In this document: positions 1 to 9,258 of the stretch, in pieces
Numbering within the stretch: position 1 is the first letter of the stretch
Layout: each line of letters opens with the position of its first letter
Assembly (NCBI GenBank): GCA_019057375.1
Contig: DXJF01000053.1
Location: forward strand, 13,268-77,267
From: Candidatus Heimdallarchaeota archaeon
Lineage (GTDB): Archaea; Asgardarchaeota; Heimdallarchaeia; Heimdallarchaeales; Heimdallarchaeaceae
Direction of reading: 5' to 3'
Length of the DNA: 64,000 nt
The notes under the pieces: model-generated
What the model saw: the letters and a program-made list of their open reading frames with translations, nothing else
What the model was told of the DNA's origin: nothing
Database searches by the model: none
Program-made: the position numbers and the translations under genes

Positions 1-288
1 CCATTCAAGTTTAGTGAAACTCTTCATTGCTTCTTTCAGTTTTCCAAACCCACGTGTGAAGAGTAATATTGGAAACAAAATAAATAATCCCAAGAAATGT
101 TCTAAAAGTGTAACAAATGATGACATTCTTGGAAATGCCATTGTACCTTTTAATCCTGTAGTTCCTAAGAAAGGAGCTCTAAAGAGAACAGGATATCTTA
201 CTGGTGCATCAAATGCTCTAGCAGCATTTGCTAGAGATACAAACGCTGGACCAATTTTTTTTAATATGGGTTCATCAGTTTTTGACAT
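1..288 (-). CDS. EamA/DMT family transporter, N-terminal part (runs off window start)
   Basis: Not in the ORF track. Manual translation from ATG at 288: MSKTDEPILKKIGPAFVSLANAARAFDAPVRYPVLF...FVTLLEHFLGLFILFPILLFTRGFGKLKEAMKSFTKLEW. Open to position 1, hydrophobic, with a DMT-like GP.F..LA / LEH..L.P pattern. Confidence 0.65.
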   Translation of the reverse strand, partial: MSKTDEPILKKIGPAFVSLANAARAFDAPVRYPVLFRAPFLGTTGLKGTMAFPRMSSFVTLLEHFLGLFILFPILLFTRGFGKLKEAMKSFTKLEW

Positions 289-394
289 CTGTTTACAGCT
301 CAATTATCACATTATATCTTTATGAGACATTATACGAAAATAGCATCTCATTTTTAAGTTTTGTTTTCCATATATGGGTAGTCGAATTTTGTTA

Positions 395-2122
395 TTATTT
401 TTGAACTATGATTTTCTCATATATTTCCTGATACATAAAAACCAATGATTCAGTAGTTAGTTCTTTTTCAAACATTCTTCGCATCTTATTTTCAGGTTTT
501 CTTCTTTGGATTAGTTTAACGATTCTAACATAAAGAGATTTCCAGAATGGCCAAAGAGTAACAAGTTTAATCAAGAATAATAGGAATTTAAGGAAATATT
601 TACCAAATGATAGAAAGAATTTCTTGAAACTAAAATCCAAATCTTCTTTGAAACTAAATTCTTTACCCTTTTGTTTTACTGATTGATATGTTTCTATTAA
701 ATTCTCCTTAATTTCCGAGTACCTTTTACCAATGTATTTATGGATCTGAATAGTACCCTTAGAGAAAATAGTTTTTACTAAAGTAAAAAGCAAGTGTTTG
801 ATGTATAACAAAACAGCTAGAATAATCAGTAGAAATGGCATTAAGATTGCCAGTAAAGATACTCCAATAGACTTTAAAATAATAACAAATTTTGGTAGAG
901 GTCTGTAGATATCTTCAAGGTATTGTTCAGCTCCAAGAGCTAAGGAAATGGCAAGTTTATTGGATTCTATATCTGCCATAATTTGATTATATTTTTCTTC
1001 TTGTTGGTTAATTCCTTTTAATGCTCCTGTTATAAGAATTGATTTAATAGTTTCTTCTTTAAGTCCCTCTTTCTTTCTTTTTCTATTTAGCGTATAGAAT
1101 ACTTCTTCAGCTTCCTCAACAGTTAATCTGTTTCTTATTGCAAATCTTTCTAAAGCTTCATTTCTTCTCCATGGGACAATTGACTCTTCTTTAGCCCAAA
1201 TTAGTAAAGCGAAGGTTCTGGATGTAGAATCTTTTACTTTCGCTAAATCAAATTCTGATAGAGGGATATCGATTTTCTTGAGAAGTTTTTCAAGCTCTTT
1301 TTTCGATCTGTCAGGAACGTGTTTAGTATCTAGGGCTAACAGACCTTCGACTTTTTTCTTCACTTCATCTAGCTCTATTTTAATATCAAGCTTGAATTCA
1401 TCAAAGGTTTCACTAGAAATTGGTGGTGAAGAAAGAAAAGAAAAGGAGGATCTTGCAGCATAATAAGGAATAGCAAAAATATTTTCTAGATCTTGGTAGA
1501 TTGAAGCCCATCTGTAAGCTCCCATCTTCAATAGATATTTACTTGAGTTGTGAAAAACAACATAAATAGGTCCAAATAAGGTTACTACCCAGGAAATTAA
1601 GAGCATTAATGTACCTAATAACATAATACTTACTACGGGAGGTAAATAATTATTAAGATATCCTACAAGTCCTTTTCCCCAGATAATTGTAGGGATTAGA
1701 ACTAAAATAATAGGCGATATTCCCATGCTCATTGCTTGACCGATAGTTCTACGTAAAGGATAAGCTTTCATAACTTTCTGGCCTCTTAATTCAAGTTCAT
1801 CAAGCTCATTTGCAACTTCGGATATCTCTTTTGATTTCTTGCCTGCCATTATTTCAGATATTGGAAGGGTGATTTTTCTCATCATATTGAAGAATGGAAC
1901 ATATTCTCGTAAAGCTTTTGGTATAAAAATATCAAAAACTACTATCGCAAACTTTGCACCAATAGAAATCATAGAAATAAGGAAAGCAATAATTGAAAAT
2001 GAAATCTTTCTGTCTTTAGATTCTTCCTTCAAAGCTTCTTTATCTACTTCTTCTCCTTTGACATCTTCTTCTTGTTCTTCCAAAATTTCCTTTGATTCAC
2101 CCTTATTTTCTGAAGAAGCCAT
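395..2122 (-). CDS. Uncharacterised multi-pass membrane protein, paralog A (575 aa)
   Basis: Long ORF with several hydrophobic segments. Shares PxxLRExVP, KAYP, FGPIY..FH, GAY.W, LALGA and MY.EI..K motifs with 2181..4352 and 22966..24681. Confidence 0.85.
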   Translation of the reverse strand: MASSENKGESKEILEEQEEDVKGEEVDKEALKEESKDRKISFSIIAFLISMISIGAKFAIVVFDIFIPKALREYVPFFNMMRKITLPISEIMAGKKSKEISEVANELDELELRGQKVMKAYPLRRTIGQAMSMGISPIILVLIPTIIWGKGLVGYLNNYLPPVVSIMLLGTLMLLISWVVTLFGPIYVVFHNSSKYLLKMGAYRWASIYQDLENIFAIPYYAARSSFSFLSSPPISSETFDEFKLDIKIELDEVKKKVEGLLALDTKHVPDRSKKELEKLLKKIDIPLSEFDLAKVKDSTSRTFALLIWAKEESIVPWRRNEALERFAIRNRLTVEEAEEVFYTLNRKRKKEGLKEETIKSILITGALKGINQQEEKYNQIMADIESNKLAISLALGAEQYLEDIYRPLPKFVIILKSIGVSLLAILMPFLLIILAVLLYIKHLLFTLVKTIFSKGTIQIHKYIGKRYSEIKENLIETYQSVKQKGKEFSFKEDLDFSFKKFFLSFGKYFLKFLLFLIKLVTLWPFWKSLYVRIVKLIQRRKPENKMRRMFEKELTTESLVFMYQEIYEKIIVQK

Positions 2123-2180
2123 TATTATATAATCACTTATACAAATTTTAAAGTTGTGAAACTATCAATTGATGAAAGAA

Positions 2181-4352
2181 TTATTCTAATTTTGAAAGTA
2201 GTAAATCTGTTATTAGTAACTTATCATAAATTTCTTCATACATTGCTATCAAAGATTCTGTGGTTAACTCTCTTTCAAAATCTCTTTTCTGTATTTCTTC
2301 AATACTTCTTCTTGTCCATATTCGGCTGATAAAGCTATAAATTCCTTTCAAAAATAACCAGATAATCATTGGAATGAGCTTAATCAAAAATTTGAAACCT
2401 TTTTTAAAGATTTCAGCAAAATCAATATTCAAATCTCTTTTCCAACTGAATGTTTTTCCTCGTTTCTGAACGTTATCATAGGTTGTGGTTAATGTTTCAG
2501 ATATTTCCTTAAATCTTTGAGAGAAGAATTTGATTATTTTTCTTGTACCTATAGAAATTATTGCTCTAAATGAATAAATAATTACATGTCTAATATATTT
2601 ATAGAAAATGTATAACAGCATTCCAAAGGGCATAAAAGGCGCAATAAGAGAAATTCCCAATTTCTGTCCTAATTTTCTATACCAAGGTCTATAGGTAAAT
2701 TCATCCTTGATAAACTGTTGAGCACCAAGAGCTAATGCAATTGCTAATTTATTATATTCAACATCTGGCATTATTTGTTTGTATTTTACTTGCTGTTTTG
2801 CAACTCCCTTAAGGGCTCCTGTAATAAGAACAGATGAAAAAAGGTCGTAGCTTATATACCCTTCCTCTATTTTTGTAAGAATCACTTTGAATGCTTTTTC
2901 AACTTCTTTTCGACTCATATTATTCTTCTTTGCAAATCCTGCTTTAGCTTCTTGTCTCATCCATGGAAAAATAGAGGATTCTTTAGACCAGATAATTAAA
3001 GCAAAAGTCCTTCCAGTTTGCTTAGTTATTTTTGAAATATCTAACTCATTTAATGATAATTCAGCTTCAGTTAGTAGTTTTTCTAAGTTATTTTTCGACC
3101 TTTCCGGAACGTTTCTTGGATCAAGAGAAAGAAGCTGTTGAACTTTTTGTTTCATAGCATCTACTTCCTCCATAATTTCTAATCTAAAATCCACCAACGT
3201 TTCCGTAGATACTGGTGGAGCATCAAAGAAGCTGAAAGAGGATTTTGCAGCATGGTAGGGTAAAGAGAAGAAGTTTTCTAAAGTTCTGTAAATGTTTGCC
3301 CAGCGATATGCTCCCCATCTCATAAGATATAAGCTGCATTGATGGAATAAAGCGTAAATAGGACCAAAAATTGTAGCAATCCAGGAAACAACAAGTAATC
3401 CTGTTCCAAAGAGAGTAATTGTCCAGATAGGTTTAATATTAAACCAATATTCAAATACATATAGTAAATCAAGATATCTTAAATAGTTGGGAGAACCTAA
3501 AGGACCGAGAGTAGACAATTGCTCAAATGTAAAGAAAAAGATAGCATAGCCAATACGGAATATCCTGACAACAAGTGTAGGGATTGCAATTATAATAATC
3601 GGAGTTCCAATCGCTACATTGATTACTTCACCAAACGCTCTCCTAATAGGATAAGCTTTCATCATTCTTTGTTCTCTTAGAACTATTTCGTCCAATTCCT
3701 GCGAAACTTCTAGAATTTCTTTAGATTTTTTACCAGAAAGAAAATTAGCAACTGTTACAGCATATTTTCTGTACATCTGAAGCAAGGGGACTAATTCTCT
3801 TAAACCTCTGGGAACAATTATGTCAAATAATATTAGACTTAACTTTCCAAAAGCTGTAACAATAGTGAAAAGAACTGCTAGAATAATGAATGAAATTTTA
3901 ATCAATTCAGGGAATACCTTGACTTCTAAAGTTTGCCAAAAAGCTTTCAATTTCTTTATAGTATATTTTCTTAGTTTGGGAGGGTATATTATATAGAAGA
4001 AAATCTTCAGAAATTTTAAAATAGGCCAGATAAAAATGTAGTATTCAAGCAGGAGTAAGAATCCAATCGGAGTATAGTAGTGAAAAACATATTCATTCAG
4101 AAAAATCCATAATTCCTTACTTTTGATTTTGAACCAAATCCAAAATTTTCCAGCCCCCTTTTGTAGTTTTTCTTGAAATGAAATGGAAGTTTTTTTTATT
4201 TTTTCAATTTGTTTGAATCCAAATTCTTTGATCCGCGAAGAAAAACCTATCTTTTTTCGTTCATCAATTTCAATTGTTGGTTTTTCCTTGTTTGACATTT
4301 CAAAACCCTTTCTTACTAAATCAATGATTCTTCTGTTAGATTTTTTACTCAA
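2181..4352 (-). CDS. Uncharacterised multi-pass membrane protein, paralog B (723 aa; true start may be the internal ATG of MSNKEKP)
   Basis: Collinear similarity to 395..2122, with an extra hydrophobic N-terminal region. Confidence 0.85.
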   Translation of the reverse strand: MSKKSNRRIIDLVRKGFEMSNKEKPTIEIDERKKIGFSSRIKEFGFKQIEKIKKTSISFQEKLQKGAGKFWIWFKIKSKELWIFLNEYVFHYYTPIGFLLLLEYYIFIWPILKFLKIFFYIIYPPKLRKYTIKKLKAFWQTLEVKVFPELIKISFIILAVLFTIVTAFGKLSLILFDIIVPRGLRELVPLLQMYRKYAVTVANFLSGKKSKEILEVSQELDEIVLREQRMMKAYPIRRAFGEVINVAIGTPIIIIAIPTLVVRIFRIGYAIFFFTFEQLSTLGPLGSPNYLRYLDLLYVFEYWFNIKPIWTITLFGTGLLVVSWIATIFGPIYALFHQCSLYLMRWGAYRWANIYRTLENFFSLPYHAAKSSFSFFDAPPVSTETLVDFRLEIMEEVDAMKQKVQQLLSLDPRNVPERSKNNLEKLLTEAELSLNELDISKITKQTGRTFALIIWSKESSIFPWMRQEAKAGFAKKNNMSRKEVEKAFKVILTKIEEGYISYDLFSSVLITGALKGVAKQQVKYKQIMPDVEYNKLAIALALGAQQFIKDEFTYRPWYRKLGQKLGISLIAPFMPFGMLLYIFYKYIRHVIIYSFRAIISIGTRKIIKFFSQRFKEISETLTTTYDNVQKRGKTFSWKRDLNIDFAEIFKKGFKFLIKLIPMIIWLFLKGIYSFISRIWTRRSIEEIQKRDFERELTTESLIAMYEEIYDKLLITDLLLSKLE

Positions 4353-4353
4353 G

Positions 4354-6324
4354 TTATTTTACAAGATATTGACTTATATGTTTTTGTGCATCCCTTTTTT
4401 CGTCTTCATTTATTTTAAACAAACCATAAACTAAATCGTCTACTTCCTCATCTACTGAGGAAATCAATTCTTCATGCTTAAGCAAAATGTTCACTTTCAG
4501 AACAAGCAATTCATTTAGTTGATCGTTAGGTACTATAAAAGGTAAATCATGAAGATACATAGGAAGATAATGTAGATATTTTCCAGTTATCTCAGTACTT
4601 GAATACATTATAGAATACAAAAAGCTGAACAATTCGGAATTTAAAAGAGAAAGAATAAGTTCAAGACTAATGTTTAAGTCCTTAGCTTTTTGAGTCAAGT
4701 GTCCTAGTAAGAAAATATCTTTACAAACATAACCCTCAGTATCTAGTGTTGCTCTCATCCTTAGGGCATGTTGACATATAATTATCTTCTTTGATGTAAA
4801 TATATCAATTTCAGGAAAGTTATTCTTCATTCCTTTTGCTTTCTCATGATCATAGTCCAAATAGTAACCTTTCCAGTTAATACCATATCGTTCAACTTCT
4901 CTATTTCCACCAAATGGTTTACCACCTAGAAATTTCCTGGATTTAGTACTAATTGATTTTTCAAATACAAAATGTTCTCGTAATCCTCTCCGATGGAATG
5001 AAATTGACCATCTAAATCTAACTAAATCTCCTAACCTATATTCAGAGTCATTGTAAATCTTCTCTATTATTGAAAGGGAAGTTGAATCTGGAAGAAAAAT
5101 GGTTTTGTTTGTAGTTTTATGAAAAAAATCTGCAGAAACATATTTACACTTTGATTTGATGTTCATTGTTTGTAATTCTTCATAATCGACGTTTTTGGCG
5201 AGTTTGATAGTATCATCATTCAATCTATTCTTATCTAAAATAAGTATGATAGGATAAACAGCTGGACGAAAGACATTTTGATGAGTTATATCAACAATTT
5301 CTGAAATAAGATTATGTTCAAGGAAATATCTTCTCATTTCTTTTGAATATCTTGAACTAAGAAATTTACTGGGGATTATATATCCAAGTTTTCCATTAGC
5401 TTTTAGCAGATCTGTACCAAGTTCTAAAAAGCAAGAATAAACATCAAAATGCCCTCTAGCAGCTTTAGGGAAATTAAGTAAGCAAATCTTCTTAATCAGT
5501 TTATCCATCCGTTTTGCTTCAATATAAGGTGGGTTACCAACTACAAAATCATACCTCTGATTCTTTGCTTTCCTAACTTCAAAAATATCTTTCTCTCCTT
5601 GTTTGTCCACAGAGTTTGTTAGATAAATGTTAGGAGTGAAGGATATTTCTAAATTATATCTCTCTTTAAATCGTTCAATTAGTATTAGTGATATATTAAA
5701 TTTAGAGATATAGACTGCTAGCGGGTCAATATCAAATCCAAAAACATACTTTTGAATATAATTTGATATTTCATTTACAGTGAATTTTTCTTTATTTTGC
5801 TCAATCAGTAAGTCTATTGCTTGCGCTAGAAATAATCCTGAACCTGATGATAAGTCAATAATATTTTGTGTATCAATTATAGAATATCTGTTAGGAAATC
5901 CTACTTGATGAAGAATGTAATTTATTACGGAAATTGGAGTAAAAACTATTCCTTTTCCTTGCTTAGCTGTTTTTGTTAAAATCTTCTGATATAGATTCCC
6001 TAAAGGGTCCAAACCAATTTTATTGCCGAACTTATTTCTTATTTCAATTATTTTAGGGTAGATCTGAGAAAATTGGTCATATTTTTCAATATCATATAAA
6101 GAAGGGAAAGCTCTCGAAATCTTTGAGATTTTCTTCTTAAAAGATAGAGTAGGTTCAATCAGGTTGTATTTTTCAGCACAGGATGTCAGATATAAACCCC
6201 CAAGAACCTTGAAGCTTCTTAACAGCTCATCTTCATCAAAGAGCTTGTTCTTTAGAATCAAGTTATTAATTTGAAAAAGAATTTCTTCAAGATGATTAAG
6301 AGAACCCAATAGATTATCAGACAT
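4354..6324 (-). CDS. N6-adenine DNA methyltransferase (Eco57I/TaqI-like gamma class, C-terminal target recognition domain)
   Basis: Motif I IIDLSSGSGLFL, GFDIDP, motif IV FVVGNPPY, DVYSCFLE..LLK.NGKLGYIIP. Confidence 0.9.
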   Translation of the reverse strand: MSDNLLGSLNHLEEILFQINNLILKNKLFDEDELLRSFKVLGGLYLTSCAEKYNLIEPTLSFKKKISKISRAFPSLYDIEKYDQFSQIYPKIIEIRNKFGNKIGLDPLGNLYQKILTKTAKQGKGIVFTPISVINYILHQVGFPNRYSIIDTQNIIDLSSGSGLFLAQAIDLLIEQNKEKFTVNEISNYIQKYVFGFDIDPLAVYISKFNISLILIERFKERYNLEISFTPNIYLTNSVDKQGEKDIFEVRKAKNQRYDFVVGNPPYIEAKRMDKLIKKICLLNFPKAARGHFDVYSCFLELGTDLLKANGKLGYIIPSKFLSSRYSKEMRRYFLEHNLISEIVDITHQNVFRPAVYPIILILDKNRLNDDTIKLAKNVDYEELQTMNIKSKCKYVSADFFHKTTNKTIFLPDSTSLSIIEKIYNDSEYRLGDLVRFRWSISFHRRGLREHFVFEKSISTKSRKFLGGKPFGGNREVERYGINWKGYYLDYDHEKAKGMKNNFPEIDIFTSKKIIICQHALRMRATLDTEGYVCKDIFLLGHLTQKAKDLNISLELILSLLNSELFSFLYSIMYSSTEITGKYLHYLPMYLHDLPFIVPNDQLNELLVLKVNILLKHEELISSVDEEVDDLVYGLFKINEDEKRDAQKHISQYLVK

Positions 6325-6388
6325 ATTAGTGTGAACAAATAAAAAGGGTTAATTCTAAAAGTTTTCTGAGAGTAGTTATTTAATTTGG

Positions 6389-6880
6389 TTAAATGTATCG
6401 CATTTTAAGTCTTTGAAACTTTGATGCACATATGTTACATAAAGTAGAGGGTTTTTGTATAAGAACTTCAAAACTATCAGTTCTTTTCATTAAACATTCC
6501 TCAACGCATGGTTTCAAACCTAAAACTATCCCAACGTGAAAAGCTACTTCTTTGGCTATAAGTGTTCTAGTTGCCATTCTAGCCGTAGATACAATTGTTC
6601 CTTTGATAGTCTCACCATATCCGAAAACATACTCAGTATTAACAATTAGTGATTGTTCGATTAACCAAAGAAAAAAGGATAATCCTTCTGATTGAGCATT
6701 ATTTAGAAGTAATTGCGCATCAAAAGCGTTTCTTTCAGTATTCCAGGCTACTTGTCGAGGGATTCTAACACCTACAGATCTGAACTGCATTTGATAGATA
6801 TCACTAAGGAACCTCTCAACATGTTCTGAGACTTCATCAGCGATTTTTTCACAATAATAAATTTTGAAATCCCTAGGCAA
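6389..6880 (-). CDS. Archaemetzincin-like protein with degenerate active site
   Basis: R..FDAQ.LL, G..VST.R, and KEVAFHVGIVLGLKPC..CLM....LCNIC align to the archaemetzincin pattern KEAVHELGH.FGL.HC..C.M..FC..C, but the HExxH residues are lost. Confidence 0.7.
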   Translation of the reverse strand: MPRDFKIYYCEKIADEVSEHVERFLSDIYQMQFRSVGVRIPRQVAWNTERNAFDAQLLLNNAQSEGLSFFLWLIEQSLIVNTEYVFGYGETIKGTIVSTARMATRTLIAKEVAFHVGIVLGLKPCVEECLMKRTDSFEVLIQKPSTLCNICASKFQRLKMRYI

Positions 6881-6968
6881 GACTAATCTGTTTATACAAG
6901 GGTATTTTTATCTAATAATTGTTATGATACTCTCAATAGAAACAAATTAACTGCTGAGTTTATTTTTT

Positions 6969-7436
6969 TTATTTTTTACCAGAAAAAGTATATATTCCAT
7001 AAGATACGATTTCTTCCTTTAAACCCATTTTAACTTTAATTTCTAGCTGTTTTGCATTCCTGTGGTAAGTAAATTCCTTAACAATTTTCATATTGGGAGG
7101 TAGATTATATCCCGATTCGAAATCACTAGTTAGAATAGCCTGTTTTTTGCTAGATTTTATAATTAAATTGGATGTTTCAATATAACCTTCAGAATTAAAA
7201 CTGATTAGTTTCATCTGTTCTCTAGTTTTGTCAAAAAAGAGAAAATTCCTTTCAAGTAACTTCTCGGGTTTAACGGAGGATTTTATTTGCTTAATTTCTA
7301 TAATATCTATTCCAAATTTTCTACATTGTAAGTAGGACTCAGAATCTATCCCGTAAGCAGAATGAGTGCCTCTCCATAAACCATAGATCCAATCAAGATC
7401 ATCGATAGGGTTTGAAAAATCCATACTTAAAAACAA
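6969..7436 (-). CDS. Putative beta-barrel protein (nitrobindin/THAP4/FABP-like)
   Basis: N-terminal L.WI.G.WRG motif and alternating beta-strand pattern. Confidence 0.45.
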   Translation of the reverse strand: MFLSMDFSNPIDDLDWIYGLWRGTHSAYGIDSESYLQCRKFGIDIIEIKQIKSSVKPEKLLERNFLFFDKTREQMKLISFNSEGYIETSNLIIKSSKKQAILTSDFESGYNLPPNMKIVKEFTYHRNAKQLEIKVKMGLKEEIVSYGIYTFSGKK

Positions 7437-7475
7437 AGGAATGAATTTAAAAACTCTGTTATAAATGAATTCTTA

Positions 7476-8201
7476 ATGAATAAAGCTAAGAAAATAGATT
7501 TAGAGAAATGCAAAGTTCTAGATTGGGAATTGGATGAATCTTTGTTGATTGAAGCACTCACTCATCCAAATTATCACCCACCAAACCAAATTATTTTAAA
7601 TTTCGAAAGATTGGAGTTTCTAGGAGATTCGATATTAGATACTCTAACAGCTGAATGGCTCTATAAAGAAACCAAAGAAGATGTTGGTATTTTGTCTCAA
7701 CTAAGATCTCTCTTAGTTAGAACCAATACATTAGCAGAAGTAGGAAAGGAATTAGGAATTGAAAAGAAATTAAGAACTGGTTCTAATTACAAAATAGTTG
7801 AAACTGATCTAGAAGATAGTTTAGAAGCTATTTTTGGAGCTTTTTATCTCTCTAAAGGCGTAGATGTAACAAGAGAATTTTTTAACAAACTATTTCTCAA
7901 ACGACTTCAGCATTTTAAAAATGAGATAAATGATGAAATAGGGAGAGAAAAAATACTTAAACTAACAGTTTGTGAGCATAATCCCATCAATCAACTTCAG
8001 GAATTTTTCCAAAAAGAGGGATTAGAACTTCCTGAATATTCTCTTTTAAAGAAAAAAGGGGATGATCACGAACCCATTTTCTTTATGCAATGCAGAGCAA
8101 AAATAGGCGAAAAGGAATATTTAAGCTCTGGAAAAGGATCAAACAGAAAGTCAGCTAAACGTGATGCTGCTGAGAAAATGAGTAAGAAACTGAAAATTTG
8201 A
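7476..8201 (+). CDS. rnc: Ribonuclease III (catalytic domain plus dsRBD)
   Basis: Signature ERLEFLGDSILD, second acidic cluster EDSLEAIFGA, and dsRBD NPINQLQE...GKGSNRKSAKRDAAEK. Confidence 0.95.
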   Translation: MNKAKKIDLEKCKVLDWELDESLLIEALTHPNYHPPNQIILNFERLEFLGDSILDTLTAEWLYKETKEDVGILSQLRSLLVRTNTLAEVGKELGIEKKLRTGSNYKIVETDLEDSLEAIFGAFYLSKGVDVTREFFNKLFLKRLQHFKNEINDEIGREKILKLTVCEHNPINQLQEFFQKEGLELPEYSLLKKKGDDHEPIFFMQCRAKIGEKEYLSSGKGSNRKSAKRDAAEKMSKKLKI

Positions 8202-8296
8202 AGAAAAACTTTACCCCATTAGGTGAAAATTAAAAAGGAAAAAAAGTAGAAAGAAATTGAGGAATAAGAATCTTATCACTAGTTAATAGTTAAAGT

Positions 8297-8467
8297 GTGA
8301 TACTTAAACCTAATGAGTTATTCTATCTCCAAAAACCTTTTACAGTATTCAGAAAGATCCTCTCAAGACTCATCCTAAACCAACGTAACATTGAAGCAAT
8401 TGATGAATATCCAGCTTTTAAAAAATCATTAGATGAATGGATTTGGGCAGCGACAGGAGAACTCTAG
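8297..8467 (+). CDS. Possible small ORF or gene remnant (56 aa, GTG start)
   Basis: Manual translation MILKPNELFYLQKPFTVFRKILSRLILNQRNIEAIDEYPAFKKSLDEWIWAATGEL; protein-like, in an otherwise non-coding gap. Confidence 0.3.
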   Translation: MILKPNELFYLQKPFTVFRKILSRLILNQRNIEAIDEYPAFKKSLDEWIWAATGEL

Positions 8468-8633
8468 TTATTTGAATATCATTTAATCTTTAGATTCTTA
8501 TTTAAACTCAGAATGCTACTAAACACTAACTTCAGTTTATATCTTAAAGTTGCCTAATGAAATTAGAAAAGAATAGGATAATACAATTTCAAAGTAAATA
8601 GCAAAAAAGTTTTGAGAAAATCTTTTAACATAC

Positions 8634-9017
8634 TTATTTTTTCTCTAAAAATGTGATTCTCAAGATTTCTGTTCTCTTCTCTGAATGATTTATTAATGTA
8701 TAAAAAGTTTCAGGATCAAATATAGCAAAATCCCCCTCCTTTAACAACTCTTTTTGTTTTTGTTCTCTGTCAACCACTTCAATTTCTACTTCTCCTACCA
8801 TTATATATATGACCTCTATTGCTCCCTTTTGAGCAAATATGAATTGTGAATCTCCCGGTGGTATGATAATTTTATTGATTTCAAATGGGTGTTTCCCTGG
8901 GAAAAAACGCTTACATTTCTCCATGCATTCAGAGTATTTGCTCTTGATAGATGTATAGTCACTTTTTCTTGTTATTAGCATGCTAATAATCTCTTCTGAT
9001 AATTGCAGTATTTTCAA
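8634..9017 (-). CDS. Cupin domain protein
   Basis: Beta-barrel pattern IIIPPG...EVIYIMVGEVEIEV...LLKEGDFAIFDP; the usual metal-binding His residues are not evident. Confidence 0.7.
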   Translation of the reverse strand: MKILQLSEEIISMLITRKSDYTSIKSKYSECMEKCKRFFPGKHPFEINKIIIPPGDSQFIFAQKGAIEVIYIMVGEVEIEVVDREQKQKELLKEGDFAIFDPETFYTLINHSEKRTEILRITFLEKK

Positions 9018-9258
9018 TGAAAGGTATTAAAGTGTTAGTGTAACTATATATGCCCCCTATGCCTTTTTCATGATTTTTAGTGCTTTATTATTAAACAAAA
9101 AATTCTATTCTCTAAAAGAAAAAAAGAAGAAATTTACAAATAAACCTTAGAGAATACATCAATACAAACCTTCTCTAAGGCAGATATATGTCAAATAAAA
9201 ATCTTACCGAAAGTTTATATTTTTCATTCAGTAAGAAAATTTATGGGAGCGATTTAAT

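Noticed and set aside
14-325. 103 aa + strand ORF in the track
   Set aside because: It is the antisense shadow of a DMT transporter gene on the minus strand (1..288).
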